NCBI GenBank assembly: GCA_032718475.1 | Contig: JAUCBJ010003287.1 | Location: 1-64,000 of the forward strand | From: Nemertoderma westbladi | Lineage: Eukaryota; Animalia; Xenacoelomorpha | Direction: 5' to 3' | Length of the DNA stretch: 64,000 nucleotides | Shown here: positions 1 through 9,216 of the stretch, piece by piece | Numbering within the stretch: position 1 is the first letter of the stretch | Layout: the number at the start of each line of letters is the position of its first letter | Program-made: the position numbers and the translations under genes | Notes under the pieces: generated by a model | What the model was told of the DNA's origin: nothing | Seen by the model: only the letters and a program-made list of their open reading frames with translations | Databases searched by the model: none

Positions 1-416
1 TGTTTACTACTTACAGTATATTTATTATCTTACATCTTGTATCTTATGTTAGGTAAATAAGGAAATCACATCATTTAACACTGTACTGTATTTCCTATAT
101 TGATGCAACACATACGTCGAATTTGAAAAGTTATATTATCAGCGTAATTTTGGTATCAAAATGACATGAAAGAAGGGAAATTTTAATAAAAATAACGGAT
201 TTAAATATTTTTGATGGTAACAACTGCTTTTTCGTTCTTCAATATGTGGAGATTTTTTACGTATTTTTATTTCTTTTTAGGATTATAATTATAATTTGTT
301 AATCGCTGTTATTTTTAACAATCGTATTACCATTGAAATTGTCGGAATAAGACAGTTACGGTAGTTACACCAACCGAAAATTCGATGCAAATAGTCGTAT
401 TCGCAAATTCGCAAAT

Positions 417-466
417 TCGTCGTCGTCGTTGTCGTCGTCGTCGTCGTTGTCGTCGTCGTCGTCGTT
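417..466. repeat. (GTC)n/(TCG)n microsatellite
   Basis: About 16 trinucleotide units TCGTCGTCGTTGTCG..., with two TTG interruptions, directly upstream of the 315-bp array. Confidence 0.95.
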
Positions 467-1992
467 ACGATTTTGACATGCTAATAACTTTGTCGGATTT
501 AAAGCTGCCAAGTTGAAAATTTGTAGGTATCAATATGAGCAAAAGTTGAGATTTATGAGAGACTTTCAGACACCATCAGTGCAATGGTCTCCCGCTAGAG
601 GGCCACATGTCTAAACATTAAATGCCCTCCCATTTCTTTGCTTTTAATCCGTTTAAGCTGAAACTTGGCAGATATGTATTAGACCATTAGCTGTGACTTT
701 CAAAGGAGGCGAATCCATCTGCAGTTCTCCAGTCTGCCGCTAGAGGGCCAAAGGTCTGAAAGTGAAATCGTTGTCGTCGTTACGATTTTGACATGCTAAT
801 AACTTTGTCGGATTTAAAGCTGCCAAGTTGAAAATTTGTAGGTATCAATATGAGCAAAAGTTGAGATTTTTGAGAGACTTTCAGACACCATCAGTGCAAT
901 GGTCTCCCGCTAGAGGGCCACATGTCTAAACATTAAATGCCCTCCCATTTCTTTGCTTTTAATCCGTTTAAGCTGAAACTTGGCAGATATGTATTAGACC
1001 ATTAGCTGTGACTTTCAAAGGAGGCGAATCCATCTGCAGTTCTCCAGTCTGCCGCTAGAGGGCCAAAGGTCTGAAAGTGAAATCGTTGTCGTCGTTACGA
1101 TTTTGACATGCGAATAACTTTGTCGGATTTAAAGCTGCCAAGTTGAAAATTTGTAGGTATCAATATGAGCAAAAGTTGAGATTTTTGAGAGACTTTCAGA
1201 CACCATCAGTGCAATGGTCTCCCGCTAGAGGGCCACATGTCTAAACATTAAATGCCCTCCCATTTCTTTGCTTTTAATCCGTTTAAGCTGAAACTTGGCA
1301 GATATGTATTAGACCATTAGCTGTGACTTTCAAAGGAGGCGAATCCATCTGCAGTTCTCCAGTCTGCCGCTAGAGGGCCAAAGGTCTGAAAGTGAAATCG
1401 TTGTCGTCGTTACGATTTTGACATGCTAATAACTTTGTCGGATTTAAAGCTGCCAAGTTGAAAATTTGTAGGTATCAATATGAGCTAAAGTTGAGACGTT
1501 TGAGAGACTTTCAGACACCATCAGTGCAATGGTCTCCCGCTAGAGGGCCACATGTCTAAACATTAAATGCCCTCCCATTTCTTTGCTTTTAATCCATTTA
1601 TGCTGAAATTTGGCAGATATGTACTAGACCATTAGCTGTGACTTTGAAAGAAGGAATTGAATTGAATTGAAGGCTAATCCGTGTGCAGTTCTTCAGTCTG
1701 CCGCTAGAGGGCGAAATGTTTGAAAGTGAAATCTTTCTCCCATCTCGTTATTTATGATCCGTTCAAGCTGAAACGTAGCAGATATGTAGTAGAAGTCGGC
1801 CTGAGTCTTTGGTGGGCAGTAAACGGTCTGGAGTCCTCCAGTCTGCCGCTAGAGGGCGAAATGTATAACTGTCCCCAATTCCTTGATATTAATTTATTTA
1901 AAGTGAATATTGGCATATGTACTAGAGCACATGCTGCGTCTTTCTGAGGAAGGTGGTCGATCTGCATTTCTCCAGTCTGCCGCTAGAGGTAA
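465..1992 (+). repeat. 315-bp tandem repeat (4 copies, each a dimer of ~145/170-bp subunits) plus two diverged subunits
   Basis: TTACGATTTTGACATG recurs at 465, 780, 1095 and 1410 (period 315). Copy 4 is more diverged and has a (GAATT)n insertion. Diverged subunits continue to ~1990. Confidence 0.95.
575..1992 (+). promoter_or_regulatory. Array of 10 co-oriented CTCF-like binding sites
   Basis: CCGCTAGAGGGC at 592, 737, 907, 1052, 1222, 1367, 1537, 1701 and 1846, and CCGCTAGAGGTA at 1980, fit the CTCF core CC(A/G)(C/G)(C/T)AG(A/G)(G/T)GGC. A TGCAGT or ATCAGTGC-like word starts 17 bp upstream of the core, where the ZF9-11 upstream motif is expected. Motif match only; no binding data. Confidence 0.7.
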
Positions 1993-2130
1993 GCGGAAAT
2001 TTAAGACGCTGGTCACACTACTAAACGCATTATTTCAACATTCTCAAATATACGCTCCATAAATATTTCACGTTACTATTTTATTGATAATCAAGATATA
2101 AACCAAGCGGAATTGGGGTGTAAACGTTAA

Positions 2131-2414
2131 GCAGACACCTGGTGCAGACACCTGGTGCAGACACCTGGTGCAGACAACTGGTGCAGACACCTGGTGCAGA
2201 CACCTGGTGCAGACACCTGGTGCAGACACCTGGTGCAGACACCTGGTGCAGACACCTGGTGCAGACACCTGGTGCAGACACCTGGTGGGTGCAGACACCT
2301 GGTGCAGACACCTGGTGCAGACACCTGGTGCAGACACCTGGTGCAGACACCTAGTGCAGACACCTGGTGCAGACACCTGGTGCAGACACCTGGTGCAGAC
2401 ACCTGGTGCAGACA
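2131..2414. repeat. 13-bp minisatellite (GCAGACACCTGGT)n, ~22 copies
   Basis: Directly visible and nearly homogeneous, with variants near 2177, 2288 and 2353. Confidence 0.97.
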
Positions 2415-4150
2415 GTTAGGCAGACCGGTACTGAAATGAATTACACAATAGCCTACATTCACAGAAAAGCCTTTCTAGAATTATCACTTATGACTACTTA
2501 TTTGCGTGCATTTTTCACTGGGATTGGCTGCGTGCGTGTCTAGCGTCGTCTCTTTGATTACGTTGAACCATTGGCAATATACAGAATGTTTTGATTGGAC
2601 CTATAGGACTAGGAACTTTGCGTGGAAGAATATAATGGTAGAAATCATAACAAATAATACTCATATAACTTATATTTCGGCAGTTCTTTTAAATATGTAA
2701 ACCTCTACCGGACTGCTGATTCATATACATTCCTAACATTCCACACCACATTCCAATAATATCCTAATACAGTAATACTTTCGAATTAGTACTTAAATTA
2801 AATTTAAGTCACGTGCTGCGCGAAGGCCCCACTTCGTGTAAATAATGTATGTACAGTATATCACAGTATATCACTGGTGGCCAGACACGACGGAGAGTGG
2901 TCACGCCCGTGTACTGGGTGGTATACGCCGCAGGCTCCAGTTCGGTCTGCTTAAGGGGCCGACGCTGTTGGCGGGCAGTCGGATTCGGCGATGGTTCCGG
3001 TCTTCGTGGTGGACCGGTAGATCTTGGGGATAGTTACTAACTTATTAACTTTCGAGAATAACGATTTATTGTGATAGTTATTACGGTTCATGTTGTGTAA
3101 CTTAATTGTAGTTTCTGTCGTGATTATAATATTTATTTAATATACCATGTTTATAATATACTGAAATTCCAATTCATGAACTGTATATACCATTTATCCA
3201 TCAGCCATCATAACTACAGTTAATGTTGTTAATGGATATTGCAACTACATATAATTAATATTCGAATTATTTTCGAAAATTGCGTTTGAAAGTGAGTCCG
3301 CTACGATGGAATTGCAACAAATATAGTCATCAATATTATTACTACAGTAGAAAGCCAGCAAGCTGGCTATAAGAAGACCGTCTATAAGACAGCAAAACCG
3401 AAAAACTAAAGGATAATCTAATCCCCAATCAAATATCAATCGCAATCAATATGTAAACCTCTTCCACCTTCCATGCAGCCTTGGAGAAAGCAGAATTAAT
3501 GCCATGACCAGTTCGGAGTTCTCAATAGACAACCCTCCCCAACCATTGGATTTACTGAGACACACTCAACACTCCGGCCAGCTTGCTACCTGTCTTCCCA
3601 GCTAGTCAGAGTTAAATAATTATACAACGTTGCTATGATACAGAGAAAATCCTTCCCCATTCACTATCATAGGCAAAGTTGAGGCTGCGTGAGGGAATAT
3701 TACATATTTATACACTATTTTATTTTCAATCAATAAATAATCATACATATTTATATTAAACACTCGAATATAATAAAAACTTTGTGAGAATGGGACACGG
3801 CGAATCGACCTGTGCTATTTTTATACAGCAAGAGCTTAATTTTACCCGCTTAAATAATTAATAACCCAAATAATAACCCAAATAATCGATACATTTCTTT
3901 GTATAGGTGGCCACGAAGTAGAGCACTTCTTACCCTTCCAAGCCAATATCAATGTGCACAAACATACAGACAAACACACAAGACGTTTTTTTGACAAGAA
4001 GCCCTGACGGTCTTCTAATAATACAGTTTTTTAAATAGACAAATAGTAAAGAAATCTACAATCATCTACTTCTACTTCTAAGTAAAAGTCAAACACATAG
4101 GTTTACAGTACTACTGTATACATAAGGTCTCAATACATTATACTGTAACA

Positions 4151-4966
4151 CTAAAATTCCCAGAGTTTCATTACCAGACAATGACAGGAACCCCCTCCCT
4201 TAAGGAACTCACTCATATCGCATTCAATGACCTCCCACCCACGATCCTCCAGATCATTTCGCACTTCACTACACCCCTTCGCGATAATCACTCTATCGCC
4301 GATACACAGAGCATTGCACGCGAACTTGTCAACCTCGCTCTTAGAAACCTCTATGAGGTCGAGTCCTTGATCCTTCATTCTCTCCTGGGTGTCCTTATCG
4401 AAAGCATCAGGGTACCACAACGCCGAATTCCGATTCAACACTCCGAAACAAACATCGAGGTGGTAGTAGTTCGAATCCACCATGCGACACTGCACAACGT
4501 CCAAGTCCCTCTCGAACTCCGCTACCCTCGCGTGGCTTTCTTTCTCTGTCCGGATTCCATAACCGAGCCAGAGCCTATCGCGTGACGTAAAACTCGCGTC
4601 CCCGCTCCCCTCGAAGATGTACTGATCCTCTCGGATAACCTCGAACCCGTTATCTTCGAACCAGGAACCGAACGCATCGCTCTCTGGCTGCCTCTCTGGG
4701 TGTTTAAAGTTCGCTAAATATACTTGGTTATTCATGGCCAACCCTGCATTGCACGCGTACACCATATCGGGTAGGTCCTCTCGTTGTTCTATTACCTCCA
4801 CACTGACTCCCGTCTCCTCTATGGTCTCTTTGAGGTTCTCCCACTGCTTCATTGCTAAGTTCCTGTCCACGTCGTCTTCCTTGGACATCCAGGGGTTGAT
4901 TTGGTAGACGACCCGGAAGTGGGAAGGTCGCGTCATCAACACACGGGAGAATTCTCTACCTAACAT
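4151..4966 (-). CDS. Amidinotransferase/guanidino-modifying enzyme superfamily protein, arginine dihydrolase (ArgZ N-domain)-like; paralog A, intronless
   Basis: 271 aa from ATG to stop. Motifs YQINPWM, PDMVYACN, FEGSGD, YYHLDVCF and SEFLKGGGSCHCL supply the Cys-His-Glu/Asp catalytic set of the pentein fold. Confidence 0.9.
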   Translation of the reverse strand: MLGREFSRVLMTRPSHFRVVYQINPWMSKEDDVDRNLAMKQWENLKETIEETGVSVEVIEQREDLPDMVYACNAGLAMNNQVYLANFKHPERQPESDAFGSWFEDNGFEVIREDQYIFEGSGDASFTSRDRLWLGYGIRTEKESHARVAEFERDLDVVQCRMVDSNYYHLDVCFGVLNRNSALWYPDAFDKDTQERMKDQGLDLIEVSKSEVDKFACNALCIGDRVIIAKGCSEVRNDLEDRGWEVIECDMSEFLKGGGSCHCLVMKLWEF

Positions 4967-5348
4967 GTTTTGTGGTTTAAATACAATAAAAAAATTAATA
5001 AATAATTATTTTGCTAATGCAACCCGTAGAAAATTGTTTCTACTTTTGGTAAACGACCAGTTAAAAATAATGTTAAAATGTGGAAGGTGATTGAAATTTA
5101 ATTAATGGTTTTCTAAACTTCAACCATCAAGTATTTATAGTGGATTCAACTGTTGGTTGTAGGGCCTTAGTATAGAGGGAGCATTCGCTGTGACCAGGGG
5201 AATTTTCCGTTAAAATATTGGCCTTCCGGAAAGCTATCTTATGTTAAGAAAGAATTCCACGAAGATTGACAATGAAACCCCCATTATCCACAACTATGTC
5301 TATCTTTAGAATCCACCACCATTAAAGCAGCTCTCCATTGCGTTCTAA

Positions 5349-5463
5349 GGCCCCTTAATTGTGACGGATGAGATTCCGTGTATATGATGTAAGAAGTTAC
5401 GTGAAGACGACGGCCTGCCGATATTCCGTTTGTGTAACGCAATGACGTTGCGTGTATGGGGCC
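5349..5463. mobile_element. Possible degenerate PIF/Harbinger-type MITE
   Basis: Ends GGCCCCTTA...TATGGGGCC form a short imperfect TIR, flanked by TAA and TCA (imperfect 3-bp TSD). Confidence 0.3.
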
Positions 5464-6057
5464 TCAGTTCATTAAGCAAAAGGGAGTGGGTTGGTGTGCT
5501 TATGAGGTACTGGGTTCACAGAGTGCGAAATGTTTATTAAATAGCTATTGCCATGTAGTTCTATGAGGTTATCCTCCTATTCTAAGACAATGATTTTGAA
5601 AATTATTCATTAAATTTAAGAGTAATTTAAATTCTTTGGAGGTCAGGTTAGGTTTAGTATGACGTCATTTTACTACAAATTTGTGCTCCAGAGCGTTTAG
5701 TCTGGAGGTTTATTTTATATACTGTATGAGATGCCAAATAGATCCAAGTATGTAGGTTAAATATAAAGAAAATACATGTCAAGTATTTTATATTACTTAA
5801 TCATTAGTTTGTAAACTTATTCATTAAATAATTATTAATCTCAAGTCGTTTAATTTCGGACGTCCTTAAAATCCATAAATAATATTTTAATAAACATTGT
5901 ATTAGGAGATACTGTATAACTTTACACATGTCAGAAAACCATCATCCAATGGAGAATCAGATATTGAGGACTGACCCACAACCCACAACTAATGGGCTAT
6001 TTTGTATACAAAAAGGTATACAGTAAAAGTAACAATACGATTTAAGAAGATTTCAAG

Positions 6058-6861
6058 TCAAATGTCCCAAAGTTTCATTACCAAACATTGGCAAGCTCCG
6101 CCCCCTTTAAGAAATTCGCTCATATCGCAGACAACAACCCTCCAACCTCTCCCCTCCAGTAGAGCCTTAGTGGCATCGCACCCAGCCGGGACTATAACCG
6201 TGCGTCCTATAGCCACGGCGTTACAAACAAAGCGTTCAGCGTCCGCCAGACACACAGGGATTAGCTCCACTCCTTGGGACCTCATCGCCAATTGACTTTC
6301 TTCAGAAAACCCATCAGGGTACCACAAGGCGGTGTGTTCGTCCAAGACACAGAAACACGTGTCCATGTGGTAGAACCGTGGGTCAACCAGCTGACAACGA
6401 ACTATTTTAAAGGGTCCCAGTTTACTTATCTCGTCGTAAGCTCCGAGTTGCGAGCGGTAGCCGAAACCAGCCCAGAGTTTGTCCTTCGATGAGAAGCACG
6501 AATCCCCTCCACCCTCGAAGTAGAACGGCGATTGGCTACCGACTACCTCGAATCCGTGATCTCTAAACCAATCAGCGAAGACTTTACTTTCAGGTTGGCG
6601 TTCTGAATGTCTAAAGTTTGCTAAATAAACCCTGTTGCCAACGGACAAGCCCGAGTTGCACGCGAAAACCATATCGGGTAGGTCCTCTCGTTGTTCTATG
6701 ACCTCCACACTGACTCCCGTCTCCTCTATGGTCTCTTTGAGGTTCTCCCATTGCTTTATTGCTAACTTCCTGTCCACGTCGTCTTCCTTGGACATCCAGG
6801 GGTTGATTTGGTAGACGACCCGGAAGTGGGAAGGTCGCGTCATCAACACACGAGAAAACAT
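6058..6861 (-). CDS. Amidinotransferase superfamily protein, arginine dihydrolase (ArgZ N-domain)-like; paralog B, intronless
   Basis: 267 aa from ATG to stop. Motifs YQINPWM, PDMVFACN, FEGGGD, FYHMDTCF and SEFLKGGGACQCL. Confidence 0.9.
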   Translation of the reverse strand: MFSRVLMTRPSHFRVVYQINPWMSKEDDVDRKLAIKQWENLKETIEETGVSVEVIEQREDLPDMVFACNSGLSVGNRVYLANFRHSERQPESKVFADWFRDHGFEVVGSQSPFYFEGGGDSCFSSKDKLWAGFGYRSQLGAYDEISKLGPFKIVRCQLVDPRFYHMDTCFCVLDEHTALWYPDGFSEESQLAMRSQGVELIPVCLADAERFVCNAVAIGRTVIVPAGCDATKALLEGRGWRVVVCDMSEFLKGGGACQCLVMKLWDI

Positions 6862-8239
6862 TGTGCAATAATAAACCGTGGATTATGTTTAATTGATGAG
6901 TGACAGATATTGAATAAATAATCTTATATATGTTTTTGCCGACAATACCGTTTAATAAAGTATTTTCCGTTTAATAAAGTAGCCTACCTAGGCAAAGAAA
7001 ACTAAACTACTGTGAACTTATTTCCTAGGAAAATAAAACTTAGTAAGAATAATAAATCATACTACTATTAGGTAACAAACACTGACTCAAGATATAATAA
7101 TTATCAATTCAATATCACTCAATATACTGTATAATTAGCAATTGAATAAGTAAATAACTTTTATTTACGTATGCCATAACTTTTTATTTACGGTACCGGT
7201 ACGTAATGTACGTATCATTTCAACATCAACCTATTGTGGATTTATAACTAATACAATTCCGAGTTCTCTGAATACTCACTATATTGAAAGTACAGCATTT
7301 ATTAGGAATTCCAATTATTATTTATTAGGATTAATCATCTGTTTTAAGTGAATTAATATAATTATTATTGGCCTACAGTTACTGTATTGTAAGTAAAATC
7401 AATTTTACGTGATGCACTGAATTACTAATTAAATTATTCATATCAAATTGGTCTTTCCAGTTATAAATCAAATATAATAGCCTATTGAGGAGAAACTCGG
7501 CTGCTAGTATTGTCAAATTGCAATAATTGCAAATCTCCATTTTTATCTATTAACTATCACAAATTGCCACCAGAGAGTACCGGTAGGCGTTAGAACAATA
7601 ATATTACCATACAGTAAATAAATAAAACAAATTAATATATCACCACCAGGCTGTTACGTCACAATCAAGGCGTTCTATAAATACAAGGCCTCGAAGTCGC
7701 GTACGACTGGAGCCTGATTGAAGGCTGAATTTTCAAAAACATGATTTAGAAACGATCGATGTATACCGGGAGAATTCTACAATAACTATTTACATCATTG
7801 TGTGCAAAGTAGTACTTTGCAGCGTTACGAGTAATTCACCAGAACGCTTTTAAGTTGACATAATGTAACAAATTTACTTTAATTTTGTCAATTGCATAAT
7901 TTTTTTTATATAGAATCCAGATTTTTCTAAAAATATTCTAGAACAAATTGTTCCCGTTTTTTTTTCAATTTACCGTTACATCAATGGTACTGCATCCTGC
8001 ATTAGGTACGCCTAGCAATACAATTATCGGGAAATACCGAGTAACCCGCCTAGGGTATTGCCAGCTACTGTAGTTAAATATAAAATTTAACATATTAAAT
8101 ATAATAATGTAGTTATCGCATCATTCTTATAAGTTAAATTCTTATTGACTCATTTTATCAAATTTGATGACAATAAATTCCAGAGATTCCAATAATTACA
8201 TGCAATAATTAATATCGTCAAGGTCATTATTTATTGCAG

Positions 8240-8632
8240 ATCGATGCATTGCATGGGTCACTGGCAAACGATCAGCTGCGTCATAGGAAGATGTTGCGAG
8301 AGATAGAAATATTGCGAACAAACTTTGTGCAACGGGGGGGAGCAATGGTGTTAGCCCAATCAATCACGAATCACCACAAGGATGAAACCCCAGCCAATAG
8401 CATCGTTGATATGTCAACTAGCCACTCGGAATCTGGGAATGACGCCATTGGAACTCACAATTCTACTAAAACTGAAACCAATAGATGTAAAGACCTTCAA
8501 AGTATCGCAAAAGTAACGACACAAGCTCACGGCTCCAGTAATAATGTCGGAAACAAGAAATACAGTAAGCCGTCCAAACTTCCTGTAAGAACTAACAATA
8601 ACCGACAATACCGAACGTCTTGTAAAGATTAA
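8240..8632 (+). CDS. Putative terminal coding exon of an unidentified gene (helical segment, Ser/Thr/Asn-rich tail, SxLP motif)
   Basis: Acceptor-like TTATTTATTGCAG at 8227-8239 is followed in phase 0 by 130 open codons with higher GC than the flanks. The C-terminal KPSKLPVR resembles an EB1-binding SxIP/SxLP motif. No upstream exon was identified. Confidence 0.45.
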   Translation: MDALHGSLANDQLRHRKMLREIEILRTNFVQRGGAMVLAQSITNHHKDETPANSIVDMSTSHSESGNDAIGTHNSTKTETNRCKDLQSIAKVTTQAHGSSNNVGNKKYSKPSKLPVRTNNNRQYRTSCKD

Positions 8633-8717
8633 TAGCTGATGAGAGAAAGTTGAATGATCATCTAGACTAACGGCTATCTGAAATATTTAAGATCAACAGC
8701 AGTAGTGGGTTTAGCAT

Positions 8718-9202
8718 ACTGGACACTGGTGCTTACTTGGACCCACTACTGGCTTGGGTGCAGAACTTGTATATGTCGCCTAACGTACAGTAAGGAGGAC
8801 TAAAGGGACACGACATGGAAGAAAAATATCAAGGGGACGAGGTTGAGGTTAATCTATTTTCGAATTACCGAGTGACAAAATATTTTCCAATATTTCAGCC
8901 CCTATATTAACGATTGTTACGCAGACAATTAGATACAGGCCTTCGTCAGGGATTGCTAACAAACTATCTATTGTCGGTGTATCAATCGTTAATATAGTGG
9001 CTGAAATATTGGATAATAATTGTTAACTAAGTCATTCGATAATAATAGATCGGTCCCAACCTCCTCCCCTTGATATGTTCCCACCAGTAGTGATCCGGGC
9101 TCGCAAGTTCATCTATTTCAAGAAAAAAATGTTTTCAACAAAATGCGCAGTGGCTGCAGTGTGACAAAGTTAGCAAACTTTATGCTAAAGTGAAGTATCT
9201 AT
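8718..9202 (+). repeat. 485-bp direct repeat, left copy (putative target-site duplication of the LINE)
   Basis: ACTGGACACTGG...GTGAAGTATCTAT is identical by eye to 16541-17025 (offset 7823). Confidence 0.95.
8826..9076. mobile_element. Fold-back/MITE-like element with ~110-bp imperfect inverted arms (copy 1)
   Basis: ATATCAAGGGGA..GAGGTTG pairs with CAACCTCCTCCCCTTGATAT. TCCAATATTTCAGCC.CTATATTAACGATTG pairs with CAATCGTTAATATAG.GGCTGAAATATTGGA. Confidence 0.7.
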
Positions 9203-9216
9203 CAGCAAGATCTAAC

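Larger units (their letters stand above)
364..2125 (+). mobile_element. Possible non-autonomous Helentron-like (HINE/pearl-type) element carrying the tandem array
   Basis: Layout is an imperfect 5' hairpin (TTACACCAACCGAAAATTCGATGCAA, 365-390), then a GTC microsatellite, then ~150-bp core repeats, then an inverted GGTGTAA at 2117-2123. The subterminal match is only 7 bp. Confidence 0.4.

Noticed and set aside
2068-2462. Six overlapping ORFs (SAPGVCTRCLHQV / QTPGADTWCRHLV repeats)
   Set aside because: These are translations of the stop-free 13-bp minisatellite in all frames.
4151-6861. Bacterial contamination as the source of the intronless enzyme genes
   Set aside because: They are embedded in AT-rich DNA continuous with a LINE, MITE-like elements, an animal-type AQP8 and a satellite, with kilobase spacers and no operon-like packing.
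4181-6868. Short ORFs antisense to or overlapping the amidinotransferase genes, and similar ones over the LINE and the aquaporin
   Set aside because: They are shadows of the real CDSs with no recognisable motifs.
7655-7690. TACGTCA plus CTATAAATA as a plus-strand promoter
   Set aside because: Short motifs are common in AT-rich DNA, and no linked first exon or start was identified.
9190-9216. ORF-track GTG start of ORF1
   Set aside because: It lies in the duplicated flank (same bases at 17013). The element starts near 9203 and is probably 5'-truncated.
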